Positions 38,230 to 50,944 of a stretch of 64,000 bases of DNA are shown here, piece after piece. The position numbers were made by a program, and so were the translations under genes. The first letter of the stretch is position 1, and each line of letters begins with the position of its first letter. The notes under the pieces are model-generated. The model saw only the letters and a program-made list of their open reading frames with translations, did not search any database and had not been told where the DNA came from. The stretch comes from Plasmodiophora brassicae. Taxonomy: Eukaryota. Location: positions 372,001-436,000 of the forward strand of contig CP145424.1 of assembly GCA_036867785.1 (NCBI GenBank). Reading direction: 5' to 3'.

Positions 38230-38990
38230 ACGTCGACGCCCGTGTATCGGTCCTGGAGACCCGCAGCGGCACCGGGTGGCATGTCGCTCGTCCTGGCGCG
38301 CGCCCTGCCAAGCATCCGCGCCGTCCGCATCGACACGTCACTGGCCGCCGCCCAGATGTCGCGCCTGAACGCCGCCGGTCAGCCCAACGTCCGCTTCGAA
38401 CAGGTACCCGATCCAGAAGCGCCCGCACCTCCCGGATCGCCAAGACCCACTGCTGCAATCGTTCGATCTGCACACGTGGACGGCCGCCGATGCGTCCCGC
38501 AAGCTGATGCGCCTCCGGCTCTAGCCGTACAACCTCCCGTTCCCAGCCGCCTATCACTCGGACGACGACGCGTATGCTGGCATCCTGGATGGCGAACCGC
38601 GTTCCCGGCACCAACATCGAATGACGGCGCCGCAACGACGGCGACGTATCCAGGTTCCACATGTCGGCACGGTTTATTGACTCGGTTCAATTGCTCAGGT
38701 CCATCATCGACTGGCGCATTGGGGCGCTGCACGTCAGCGGGACCGACACTGGGGTCGCTATCAACCACGTGGCGATCGAACGAGTACGCCCTGCTGACGG
38801 CGCCCCTCCAGCCACGTCGACGGATGCTGGACCCTCGGGACCCGACATCCAGTCTGACCGAGCGCCAGATACGCTGGATGGCCGCCCTCGGCACGTTCAT
38901 ACGTGCCGCCGCCGATCGATGCGTCCGCGGTGAACCGCTCGCGGTATCTGCCCAAGGCGTCGCAGCGCTCACCGGCCTGGACGGAACGGT
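38230..38990 (+). pseudogene. Degenerate class I SAM-dependent methyltransferase
   Basis: VLETRSGTG, frameshift, then GMSLVLARALPSIRAVRIDTSLAAAQMSRLNAAGQPNVRFEQ resembles motif I and the following strands; remainder degraded. Confidence 0.45.
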
Positions 38991-39030
38991 CTTCTGCTGT
39001 TTCCATTCGGTTATGATGTTCGTCATCCCC

Positions 39031-39398
39031 GGTTGCGACTGCTTGCGAAAGTGGTGCAACTTGCCGAGAGCAGTTTCCCTGACGATGGCGGTCGACAGCG
39101 AGACCCGATGTTTGTTGCGGCGAATTTGCCCAATGCGTTTGAACAGTCGGACCCTGTGGTCTTCCAGGCGCTCGAGGCGCTGTACTTCGACGCTGTACTT
39201 CATGCGTCGCGTCGGTTGCAACGTCGACTCGTTCACGTGCCTCCGTCTGCGACAGCTCGATGGGGTCACGATAGCACATCACGAAGTACAGGGTCCGACT
39301 GTTCAAATGCGTTGGGCAAATTCGCCGCAACAAACCGCGCTGTCGACCGTCATCGTCAGGGAAACGGCTATCGGCAAGTTTCGCAAGCAGTCGCAACC
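39031..39398. repeat. Inverted repeat, arms 39031-39157 and 39288-39398
   Basis: ggttgcgactgcttgcgaaa...gtcggaccctgt is reverse-complemented downstream with small deletions. Confidence 0.9.
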
Positions 39399-39799
39399 TC
39401 TAGAGGATGTCGACGAAAACATCGCGTAAACGGGCGGATCGCCTGAAAGAACGCACACGAGCAGCTTGTTTATTCTGTTTGTGTATATACTGTGTAATAA
39501 ACAGCTGGACGACGCCCGATGCAGCAACTGTGTCGGAGAGACAGGCGAGGTCTTTACTGCAACGGCGGATACGGTCGGCCTGGAAAGTCGCAGAACGCAC
39601 GGCGAAGGAGGCGTACGGCAGGCGGGTCGCGAGGCAGAACCTCAGTCAGTCGCTTCTCCCCGAACCTCAAGTCGGCCAGCTACGCTTGGCAGATCGTACT
39701 TCGAAAGATTCGGTGGGCGGCAGAACAGCGCGCTGACCTTGCACCGTAGCAGACGTTGTTGATATTCGCGACACGATCTATCGATCGGCTTCTCTGGCA

Positions 39800-40300
39800 G
39801 ATGGACATCATACTCCAACTGGGCTTGTAGACTCCGCCCGAACTCCAGATAGTGAGGCGTCCCCTTTGCCGCCTCGCAGACGTCTTTGCAGTAGGCGAAA
39901 GCAGGTACTCAAGGTGCAGGACCCCACGCAACCGGTCCTCTTCCGGAAGGCCTTCAGATACCAATGGGGGCGTTCCGCCATCCCGTTTCCCAGCCCTCGG
40001 TGGGACGCCGTCATCGCCAACCGGAATCCGAACGCCTTACAGATCGTACCGAACAGGTAGTCCGCCAGAATCGCCTCCCATCCGCCGACATCTTGATCGG
40101 GAACCCATTCCTGAAGAAACGCGCACCGGACCAAGTTCTCCGCCGTCTCCACCGAGAACAGGTCGTGCGCGACACCCTCGACAAAGTCACCGTCAGGACA
40201 TGCTCGTTCCCGCACGATGCTTTAGCGAGGTCCACGACGCGGTCGGTGCGCACTGAATGCCAGAAGCCAGTGGTGGCTGACGAAGGTGGCCCCTGGTCGA
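39800..40300 (-). mobile_element. Retroviral-type (rve) integrase relic (Ty3/Gypsy or Ginger-like)
   Basis: FWHSVRTDRVVDL...GNEHVLTV..SR, TAENLVRCAFLQEWV, FRLAMTASHRGLGNGMAERPHWYLKAF resembles T..YHPQ.NG.VER.H..LK; frameshifted. Confidence 0.6.
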
Positions 40301-40416
40301 ACAGGCTGCTGCAGGCCGCATGTCCGCGGGGCGGCGACTGGCGGCGTTCACGATGTGCGTGACGGGGCGGGGCGGGGCGGGGATTCACACACGCGGCATC
40401 ATCATCATCGTCAGGG

Positions 40417-41207
40417 ATGTATGGGAACGCGGTGATCGTCGTGTTCTCGTCGCTGCTCAGCGCCGTCCTGTCGGAAGGTCGGTCTGCGGGCCATCTGGAC
40501 GGGCGAATGCGTTTGCGTGATGCTGATGATGATGTCGACCACAGCTGTGTCCTGGGTCATGATCTACCGGACATCCCAGTACCGATCGCTCTCCAAGGAC
40601 ATCGATCGACTCAACGCCAAACGTAGGTGTCGTATTTTCAGTCAGCGCTCGCCGTATGATGTTAACTGCCGGATTACCGTATGCAGTCGAGAAAGCAAAG
40701 GAGAAGCATGTCTCGATTGCGTCGAAGAAGTCCAAGGATAAGCAAGTGTCCTTCTATGAGGAGCAGCTGAAAGGTCGGCGTGGGTGAATGTTTCAACACG
40801 TTCCACGTATCTTATTCAAATGCGGTTTCTGTAGCGAAATCTCGGGACCTGACGATGGCCAAGTTCAAGAGCGGGTTTGTTGTCATGTTCATCATGCTCA
40901 GCATGATGGCATTGCTGAACAACGAGTTCGACGGACGCGTCATCGCCAAATTGCCGTTCACACCGATCCCGTTGATTCGCGGTACGCACCTGCCCGTCTC
41001 CATCCGTTTGTTATCCTGCCGTTCATTGCACCTGCTTGTGAAGGCCTGTCCCATCGCAACCTGCCCGGCACCGACTTCACCGATTGCTCGATGGCGTTTC
41101 TGTACGTCCTGTGCTCGATGTCGTTCCGCACCAATCTGCAGAAAGCGCTAGGGTTCGCTCCCCCGAAGACAGCCATGAGCATCTTCACGCCGCCCACCGA
41201 GAAATAG
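40417..41207 (+). CDS. TMCO1: TMCO1 (EMC3/TMCO1 family ER membrane protein)
   Basis: SWVMIYRTSQY, FDGRVIAKLPFTP, GLSHRNLPGTDFTDCSMAFLYVLCSMSFRTNLQKALGFAP; four introns. Confidence 0.92.
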
Positions 41208-41262
41208 GCGGATCCCTGATTTCGCACTACAACAACATCGGGTCGGCCGAACTTTACTGTGT

Positions 41263-43238
41263 TCAACGGGCGCCGTTGACCTGGTATCTGGCGTCGGGAT
41301 CGGAGCACGGGATGCCGATCTGGAACTGGAGGCGCCGGAACTCCTCGATCAGGTCGAACTTGTGCGAGTCGATGACGTCCGTCTGCTGCCAGTTCATCCG
41401 GTGGTACGCCTTGACGTGCAGGCGCAGCGATTTCGTCGTCAGCGCCGTCATCTTGAACGCGATCTGCGCCTTCCACTTCCCCTGCTCCTTGCGAACGTAA
41501 TCCAGAAGGCCAGCTCGCAGCGCGTCCAGTTGCGCCTGGGTCACCGAGTTCGTCACCGTTGTCACGATCTCGACGACCGCCGACGTCGTGCGTCGATGGT
41601 TGAAGATCGGGATCGTCGCCAACGTTGCCGTCGACACATCCAGGCACTTGTTGTCGCCACCCCGGAAGATCGTCGACAGGACATGGATCTTCTCGACAAC
41701 GTAGTCGCCCTTGGCGCCGTTGATCGTCAGCGTGACCCGGTCCCCGACCTGGTACGGCTTGCCGAAGATGAAGATCAGGGAGGCGACCAGCGAGCAGATC
41801 GGGCCCTGGATGGCGAACATGAGACCGCCGATCATGGCGCCCATCGACGCCAGCAGGTACGCGCTCGGCTCGTTCTTGATGGTCGAAATCACGAACACCA
41901 TCGCGAACAGCCACAACATCGTCGCCGGGATCATGCACAGGTTGAACACCCTGTTGGCAATCATTCCTCGTCAGCAGTGCCCGGGTAAACGTCGGGGTGG
42001 AAGCCATCCCGTCAGCTGACGACGTACTGGTCAAAGTGGTGGATTTCGCCTTGCAGGAGCGCGCGCCGCTCGTACGCCTTGACGACGGCCAGGGACAGGT
42101 CCAGGCCGGGGACCTGGTCGACGTCCACCGGGTCGTCGAAGTACAGGAACCAGGCGTCCTGCGCCATGCCCTCGTCTTCGAACAGCGCGCTCCACTGGTC
42201 GAACGACAGGAACTTGCTCCCGCGGAGAGTCTTCTGGCGGATCTGTTCAGCCAGGACCTGCATCTGGGCGACCGTGCCGACTTGGACGGATTCGCTGGCG
42301 TCGTACGCCCATCGATCGACGCTGTTCGCCGTCGTGCCCGCCGCTGGCGTCAACGGCACCCGCATCGCCTGCGTGCGAATCGTGTCGATCTCGGCGACCA
42401 CCATCGTGCGGCCCAGGCGCAGGTCGTCCTTCTCCCAGCTCGAGAACAACCTGTTTGCGAAACATGAGCGCATAGCACACTGGCACGGGTGGCGACGGAA
42501 GGCGTACTCCTGTCGTTGGCCCTTGCTGTCGCAGCAGAGCGTGTGCAGGGTTCGCATGCTGAGGCGATGCCGGGCGATGTCGTCGAGGAAGTTCTCGACG
42601 ATCAGGGCGCGCTTGATGACGGCCAGGCCGATGGACAGGAGGATCCAGAAGAACAGCATGCTGTAGGCGATCTGGACGAGCTCGACCATCTGCGCCACCT
42701 TCATCGACGTGAAGTCGTCGTTGGCCCATTCGTCCCAGAAGGCGTGCGCGCCGCGCTCGATCAGCGTGTCCCAGGCGCCGGTGAACCACAGCCGCAGGAC
42801 GACGTAGTCCAGGAGGACCAGCGCCACCAGGATCGACACCTTCTTCGAGTACGACGACGCGCCCATCTTGTAGAAGTACGACTCGGTGCCGAACACGGCG
42901 CCGACCACCAACATGACGACCTTCACGATGCAGAACACGACGTACGTCAGCAGGACGATCATCGCCGGGGTACCGAGCCAGGCGACCGCCGGGATCCCAA
43001 ATAACCCCAACGGACGTGTCGTCGTTAGCCCATGCAGGAACGCGGCCATCGCCGCCATCAACGAGGTCACCAGGATTGTGAGGCGGAGCCGGTGACGATC
43101 CAGGCACAGCCGCCTGGAGCGCTTCGTGTGCGCCGGTTCGGCAGGCGGCTCGTTGGCGGTGACCACGAAGCTGGTCACGTTACCTGGCACGCGCGTCTGC
43201 ATCGACGAGACGCGCCGAGCGTTACCATTAGACGCCAT
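41263..43238 (-). CDS. MscS-like mechanosensitive channel
   Basis: Multiple TMs, YERRALLQ, IFIFGKPYQVGDRV, VEKIHVLSTIF, IFNHRR; intron near 41969-42023. Confidence 0.85.
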
Positions 43239-43455
43239 CACGGGGGGTTAGGAGATTACGACGGATAGGAAATGAGGACGGGCGACGAGCACCATCCAAA
43301 GGCACTTCCGGTTCCGCCGTGACGTCACGCCACACCAACCTGCGTTCATCGTTCCAGCAGCTGCTGCTGGAACGCAGCGGGCCGCTCGCCCGGTAGGCAC
43401 GATGTGTTGGTCCACTGTCTCGAAGACAATGTGACAATAGTTAATCGGTTTATCA

Positions 43456-44790
43456 TCAGTCGTCGAAGTCGACGCCAAAATCCCGACCGGGAAGGAGGCG
43501 AGGAGCGGTCAGCGTCCACAGGTACAGGGCGGCGGTGGCCCACGTGACGCCGATGTTGACCCACATGACGTCCTTCGAGATGCCGAACTTTGCCGCCGAG
43601 GCGGTTGCCGAATCGTGCCCGATCTGGAACTGCGAGATGGACATCATCAGGTACAGGGAAGACAGCGCCAGCAGCGCGTAGAAGAGCATCGCATCCCAAC
43701 GCCCTTCCACAGGGTCGTTCTTCTCGTCGCCATCATCGCCGTCCGCGCCCTCCGATTCGACATCATCGTCGTCCTGATCGACGCCCTTCTCCGTTTCGTC
43801 GTTCGTGGGACCGAACAGCGAGGCGCGCGACGTCGAGAACGCCCGATACGTCATAACAATAGCGCCAATCACCAACCCTATGATGTCCGATGCATCGTCG
43901 TTCTTCCTCGTGTTGCACGACGACGGGTCCGCTGCAGAAACGTCGTCAGACCATCACGACGGTATCAACGAAACGATTCGGTTACCAGAAAGCGCGCTGA
44001 ACGTGACGAACATGATGTAGCCGGCGAGACACGACGACGTGAGAATGGAGCCGTGTGGTGCGACAGGGGAGACGCTCAACCCTGTCAGGACGATGCCGAT
44101 GACGAAGTTCATGGTGATCAGGGTCGTCTGCGAGACACAGTCCCGGTTGGGAGCGAACCAGGTGTACAGGTACCCGGTCAATGTGATGTCCAGCGCCCAG
44201 ATGACGAGGCAGACGACCAGGATCGCGATCAGCCACGCGTTTCCGCCCTTCGATGCCCATCGGTCGTTCCAATTGTATGCGGACGAGACGATGGTAAGGA
44301 CCTGGAGCAACAGGAACGCGGCGGCACCGAACATGGCGAACGCAGCGAACCCGTCGGCGAACGCGTTGGGAAGGAACATGGCGCCGACGGTCAGGACGAG
44401 CCAGACCAGGAATTTAACGCCGACGAACCCGTAATGGAATGTCGGCGATGCCGCACAGCCGACCGCGGTCATGAGGAAGAATGCGAACAGGGCGATGCAG
44501 ACGCGAAGCGCCGCGTGTAGGCCGATGCATTGGCTGTCGTTGTCGCATTCAGGGAACGTATTCGTACAGATCTTCTTGAAGCGATTCCCGACGACGCCGC
44601 CGGCGCTATCGAGCGTGGCGTGCAGCTGGAACCGGAACAGCAGGGCGATGACGGCGGCCAGGAAGACGATCAGCAGGTGGAAGACCTTCGACCCGCGCGA
44701 CGTCTTCACGCTGACCTTCCCCGCGGAACAGCACGCCGACCCGGCCGCCGCCCCGGCGCAGCTGCCCAGGCACGAGAGCATACAACCCAT
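43456..44790 (-). CDS. Serine incorporator (SERINC/TMS1) membrane protein
   Basis: MGCMLSCLGSC..., C.G..A.LRVC.AL..FF, FHYGF..VKF, FLLLQ, LYLWTLTAPRLLPGRDF; intron about 43932-43985. Confidence 0.9.
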
Positions 44791-45640
44791 CACGACGACG
44801 AACACTCGGATCACAAATAGCAACGGCTACCGCCTACTTTCAGAATGCCGTCCCCGCCGTCGCCGCCCTCCGTCAAGTTGACCTGACACGGAAGTTTCCG
44901 CGCAAATTCTAAATTTAGCCAGGCGCCGAACGTCCTCTGTAACGCCCACGCAGCCGTCCCGGGAAACGGCTCAGGCGCATGCAGCGTGTCGGTCTCGCCG
45001 TCGAACCTTGGTGGGGTGCGGGCCGTGGACAGGCGCACGCTGGGCCCCTGATTTCCTTGAAGCCGACGACGAACGCGTCGCTGCCGCTTCGTTCTCTGCG
45101 CGGACGTCGCGCCGGTACTCGAACAGCGGCCGTTGCCGGTTCACTTCCTCGATCGTGGCTGCGAACTGATCCGCTGACATATTCTCGACGTCGTCCTCCG
45201 TCTTGACCTCGTTACCTGTTTCGTCGCGCGCCGTCGCAGATACGACTGTTAACCTGATGAACGCAATAGCGAAGTGTAGTTTGTTGCATGAGCTGGCGAC
45301 CGGGAGAGACATGTCGCGGACGTTACGTACCGTGCCGCCACGTGTAGCGGTGCCGGTAACGCGGTTCGGTCCGGTTCATCACCGAAGCCCGCAACCCTGT
45401 AGTCCCTCGGTTCGTACGTCCGTGCTGAATTGTTCGACCAGCTCAAGGAGATCGGCGTATACCAGGCGTCACATCCGGCCGACGAGAAGCGGAATGCAGG
45501 GACTGCGGAACGGCCTGGATCGGAATTCTGGAAGGTGCCCAGTCGAGGCGGGCACCCTGTACAAGTTGGGCGGCGCGGCGATGCCGTTTTTTGAAATTCC
45601 CGTCACAAACTTTTGGGACTGTGTTGAAGCGGTGAACGTC

Positions 45641-46264
45641 ATGCTGCGTCGGTTGGCGTTGGCAGGCGGGCGCCGCTGGGCGAGTGGGGGCGCCGTCGCC
45701 CAGCCGCCCATCCAGCTGTTCGGTGTCGGCGGGCGGTACGCGCACGCGCTGTTCAACGTGGCGCAGAAGGAGAACGCCGTCGACCGCGTGAACGACGAGC
45801 TGGCGCAGCTCACGGCGCTGTCGCGCTCGAATGAGAACTTCAACGTACTGCTGAATGATCCAACGGTCGGCAAGGGCGAGAAGAAGAAACTGGTGACGAA
45901 GCTGTTCGAGAAATCGGGGGTTCATCAGACGACGCTGCATTTCCTGGAGACGCTAGCGGAGAACGGACGCCTTCCCGACCTGAACACGATTGTTGCCAGC
46001 TACGGTCAGCTGGTGGACGCGTTCAACGGCGAGGTCAAGGCGACCGTGACGACGGCGAAGCCCATCACGGACCAGGAGCGTAAATCGCTCCAGGACGTCC
46101 TGTCGAAGCACCTTGAGAAAGGGCAGCACCTCGTCCTGGACATGAAAGTCGACCCGAAGATCATCGGCGGCATTGTCGTCGACCTGGGCGACAAGATGCT
46201 CGACCTGTCCGTCTCGTCCCGCATCGACTCGATCCGTAATTACATCCAGAACTACACGCTGTGA
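45641..46264 (+). CDS. ATP5PO: Mitochondrial ATP synthase OSCP subunit
   Basis: Transit peptide, PPIQLFGVGGRYAHALF, LAENGRL, VDPKIIGGIVVDLGDKMLDLSVSS. Confidence 0.95.
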   Translation: MLRRLALAGGRRWASGGAVAQPPIQLFGVGGRYAHALFNVAQKENAVDRVNDELAQLTALSRSNENFNVLLNDPTVGKGEKKKLVTKLFEKSGVHQTTLHFLETLAENGRLPDLNTIVASYGQLVDAFNGEVKATVTTAKPITDQERKSLQDVLSKHLEKGQHLVLDMKVDPKIIGGIVVDLGDKMLDLSVSSRIDSIRNYIQNYTL

Positions 46265-46289
46265 GCACTCCCACAACGGCCGGCCGCCG

Positions 46290-48310
46290 TTATAACACGA
46301 CCCGCCGTCCAGCCATGTGCGTCGTGCACGATTACGGATAGCGTTCACGGGAGGCGCGTTAGCGGTAATTGACCTACCGATGACGATCGCGTGGCGATGG
46401 AACCCTCGGACCGGGGGAAGCCAGTCAGTCACCCTCCGGTTCATCGAGTGGTGCGCCGCTCCCCGATGATGGCTGACAGGGCTCCGGCGCATCGCGCGGG
46501 CGCCATCTACCTACACGGAAAGGGGGGCTGGACGGGGAACAAAGCTTATCGAGCGGGGCGCAGGTCGCCAAGTAGATGTGAAGTTGCGCGCGACACTATA
46601 TCCTCGTTCACCGCTGGGCGCTCCATGTCGTGGAGAGCCCCCGTGGTCAGGATGATCTTGTTCTGCCCCCGGGTCCAGCTTGGTTCCGTGGAGGTGGTCG
46701 ATAGGTACCGCCCTCAGGCCGTACTGATTGCGGCCGGGGACGACGCTCCTTCGTGTCATCTTGGACCCGAGGCCGAGGCGCCTGCGTGAAAAGCGCGAAA
46801 CCCAAATGAACTTAAACTCGTTCGTGCCGCGTCTCTCGGCTCCGTAGATTCTGCCTTTCGCGTCGATCCTGCATGCGGCGCATTGACAGCCTCGTCCAGT
46901 GCTCAACTTCGTCATCGCCGGTGCAGTCGGGACCAGCGATATCCGCCAAGGCCCCGGTAACAGGGCTGCTCGCGAACCAGATCGACGACGTCAAGGTCTT
47001 CAACAGGTACCGCTCCGTCTACAAGCTCTTCCTGGGCTAGAAGAGCGTGGTTGTCGCCGACGACGTTACCGACGCTATGAACGCTGATATCGTCCTGGTG
47101 TTCACACAGCGTCTCGAGCACTTTCAGGGAATGCTCCCCGGAATGGGATCGTCGTCGTCCACCCCCAGTGTGGTCTACATCACATTGACCTGCTCGCCCG
47201 ACGACTTCCGCCAGTTCAAGGGCGACTACGAATCTGGAAGCGTTCGTGTCGAGTGCACGGTCTTCGCTGATACAGCGTACAGCCTGAGTGTTGCCAAGGC
47301 AGAGTACATGGTACGTCCCTGGTGGGCGAGACCTTCCCGACCATCAACGTCAACCTGTTGCGGTCGCAGATGGCGTCGCACGTTGTCATCCAGAACGTAT
47401 TAGCGCGTACGATGGCGTTCCACCACAACCAGATGCATGCGCACGCGACCGCATTCGCCTTTGGCACAAGGCTACGATCGTCCAGGGCCCCGGGTTCCTC
47501 GACTCGACAACGTCAAGGCGATGGGAGGTCGCCTGCACGACCACCTCGAGCGGCTTATTTGCGACAAGCACAGGCGCGCCCGGAAGACGTTCAACCAATT
47601 GGGGTTGTTCGCGGCCGTCCAGTTCCGATCTGACCTGATGGGCAGGTTCTTCACCAAGACGCTGTTCAACGTCGGTTACTATGCCCTGGAGCCCGACTTC
47701 TCGCGGATCTGCCTGCCGCTGAACATCACCGAAGACGACCTCGACCGTATCATGGCGCTGTACGACGAGGCCCTCATGAGCGTGAACGAAATCTTCGACA
47801 TCGATCGTTTCCGGCGGTTCCCTCAAACGCATCGCGAACATGCCGCTCGCCGCTCGACAGGACCTCGACGGCGAAGCGTTCGAGGAGGAGCCGTTGTAGT
47901 CCAGCGGAGGCGCCATCTGCACAAGGGCACGTCGATCGACGATCGGGACGCGTAACGAGTCGGCGCGCGCCACGACGTCGTCGCAGAGTTTCATTCCGGC
48001 GACGGTCTGGTTCGACGGCGACGACGACGAAGTGTTCGTGTATAAAATGCTGCCGACGTTCGCGACCTGCAGGCCGCTGTTTGACCGGTTCCAGAACAGA
48101 TTCCGCAGATACGTCTCCGAGCTCAGGCAACGCTGCGTACGCGTCCGGGCACGTGGATCCAGGAGGTCGTCGTCGACCAGAGCGAACGTGTGGTCGCGTT
48201 CTGCGTTCAGCCCCGCGTGCCGAACGGCACGTTCGCGAACGTGTACCTGGACAGCGGGCCGGAGTTCAGTGCCCGAATTCTGCATCAGAAGATTCGCGTG
48301 TCGATTCCGG
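46290..48310 (+). pseudogene. Multidomain enzyme pseudogene, copy 1 (HDAC-like?, Rossmann-like?, class III aminotransferase C-terminus, kinase-like domain)
   Basis: Fragments AVIDL...RGDGT and RYRPQAVLIAAGDDA; FVIAGAVGT and DAMNADIVLV; LDNVKAMGGRLHDHL...GLFAAVQF...LPLNITEDDLDRIM; 47519-48290 paralogous to 51026-51830; stops and frameshifts. Confidence 0.55.
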
Positions 48311-48799
48311 GTCCACTTCAAGGAATGGCCGACTTTCCTGCGTCTCGGCTACGCTCCGAGTAACGGCATCAGTACCGGGACGGATACCTCGAGTGCGCTA
48401 TAGTTCTGAGTACATTATCGCACAGAACTGCTCCAGCGCGCCCCATTCCGACTGGCCAGCCTGATGAATCAACCGCCTTGACGTCGTCGTTTCCGTCCTC
48501 GCCCTTGCCAATGATGCATCGGCTGACACGACATACGTACGCAGCCCTATGTTTATTTCTATTAGAACGTTGCCGTTGCTACTGAAGCTCAATTTGACCC
48601 CCGGGTGAATGAGAAGTACGCACCCCTCCCCAATATTGAGGTATCCGTGCGACCGTGCTAGGGATGACGACCAGACAGCGGCGGCGGGTCGACGGGAACA
48701 ACCATGTCCAGTCCGACCTGCGGTTACATACGAAATCATCCATCATACGATTTGCTCTTTAATCACGATTTGCGCAACTTGGGACAGGATGCAACACGA

Positions 48800-50787
48800 T
48801 CATTCCATAGCGAGTTCGGCCGCCCGACGACACTCTCCGCACTGGCCTTTCTGCCGTTGGTGGACGCAAATGCCGTTCCCACCACAGGCCTTGCAAAAGT
48901 ACTTATACTTGTCGTGCTTGCAAATGCTGCTTCCTCGACACTCCGGGCAACGGCGCCTCACTCTGGCGTGTGGACAAATGCCCTTCCCTCCACAATCTCC
49001 GCAAAGTCTGTCGCCGATGCACACAGGTGCCGGCACCGCCGCATATCGTGCAATCCCATTTCCGTCGTCCATGCGGTTCACAGAACTTGTGCGGACTGCA
49101 GATCTTGCAGTTGTCTTGACGTACCTTATGATCACATGACGCACGGGGACGTCGGGGCCGACTCCCATGGGGTTTCGGCAGCCCTTGCTGCAACTGTAAA
49201 CCGCTCATGCTGACAGATTCTTCAGTGGTACACTGACCCCGCACTGGTTCAGCTGGGAACGGGACAGCAGTGCAGCGGTCGTGGCTGGAAGCAGCAAGTG
49301 ACTGCAGGGAAGGGGGTTCGCTTATCCTATTGAGGGTGCCGTAGACGTCGCCTTCACGAATCTGAGCCGGATTCAGTGCTGCTGGAGTGAACAGGTTCCA
49401 GGCGTATTGGTCAGCGGAGACTTGATTCTGCAAGCACTGCATCGATTGCAAGACAATCCAGTCAGCTGCGGAAAGCACATTGGAAGGCGCCGTTTCCATC
49501 CAGTGTCCATTGTCGGGGAACTGCGATCTCTGTAAAACTAGAGAGGACTGGGGACAGCAGTCGGCATCGTCCGAGATACGTGCGACGGCGTGGGGACGAG
49601 ACGCGATACGAGAGCCGTCCATGGAGTGGGTATCAATGGGAGTGTCCCCGATGGCGTGAGCCGGCCATGTGCTCAGAGCGGTGTCAGGTGGTACTTGGGT
49701 AGCGATTTGCGACTGTAACCCAATTTGAATGGAGCTGGTCGGAGAGTGAAAAGCATTGGGGAAATGCTCTTCAGAGTTGATAAAAGGGAGCGGATCCATA
49801 TCAGAAAGGACGGATGATAGTCCTGGCACATCATTCCAGATGCTGGAGTCGACATCGCCAGGGGGAGATGTTGACCAGAGGCCATGTCCGCCATACCAGG
49901 GGTCTACCGGAAGATTAACGTCAGTGGGAGGACACTCGTTGGAGTTAAAAGGAGAGGGAAATTGCTCATCAGCATGGGCGAATGGCACGTTTACGTTGCT
50001 GGTTACGCCATCGACAGCTGACGATGGCCGCGGAACGCCATAGCGCATCCCAAGGTCGCTTGAGATAAGGTCTGGACAGTGCCGTGGCAAGTATGCACAA
50101 GAGGGCGACTCCGAGACGATTCGGCCAGCTTCAGGTCGCGGGTCGGCTTGAATTTGGTTGTGGATAATTGATTCTGGATGCCAGGCGTGGACGTTGCCGG
50201 TAGGGATCCCCATGATGCCGTTGACAGTGGACAATGTTGGCCGATTGCCAACGTCATGTTGGCTTGCGTCAAGGTCTGTGGAGTGCCAGGGGAAGTATGT
50301 GGCAGAGTGGGACTCGGGCACGACTTGAGTGTCAGGTCGAGGGTCGGCTTGAATTTGATTGTGGTTAAATGATTCCGGATGCCAGGCGTGGTCGACGTTG
50401 CCGTCGTCAGGAATCACCACGTCATCTCGAAATGGCCACAAATCGGATACCGCTGCTAACGCCGCATGGTACTGAGCGCCGCTCCCATCGACGACGTCGT
50501 CATCGGTGGCTGAATGGGCGGTACGATCGCCGAGGTCTATACGGACCGCCACATGTGATCAGATATGAGGCAAACAATAAACATGTACAACTTCACTAAC
50601 GGTGCAATAGGCCCGAGTTGACGTCTGGGGGAGACACTTCATGAGACCGGGTCCAGCTGACGTCTGCTGCCGGAGCTAGCGCCCCGGTACCTGGACCGAG
50701 ATGGGGAACTGTCTGCGATATCACCGATGTCACTAACGTCAGCTGGCATGCGACCAGGACGACTGCAAGTGTTGCCCACGATGTCAT
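48800..50787 (-). pseudogene. Secreted zinc-module protein, copy A (frameshift in module 3)
   Basis: ATG 50787 with signal peptide MTSWATLAVVLVACQLTLVTSVIS; intron 50537-50600 (GTTAGT...TAG); about 5-nt deletion near 49010 relative to copy B shifts modules 4-6 out of frame. Confidence 0.8.
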
Positions 50788-50944
50788 TCCACACGCGCTG
50801 ATTCCAGATCTGCGAAATATGATCCGGCGCAGTTCTGAGTCCGTCGGACTGTCTCTGTGGCATATTAGGGCTTGCGCCATAGAGCAAGGCCGGGCTGGGA
50901 CTTGCGGACGCCATGCGCTGCGCTCGGGGGTAGACTGTAGAGTA

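Noticed and set aside
44971-45312. 113-aa minus-strand ORF
   Set aside because: Could be a real small gene but has no motif support
45203-45640. Long N-terminal extension of OSCP
   Set aside because: Begins at a non-ATG codon; the transit peptide starts at ATG 45641
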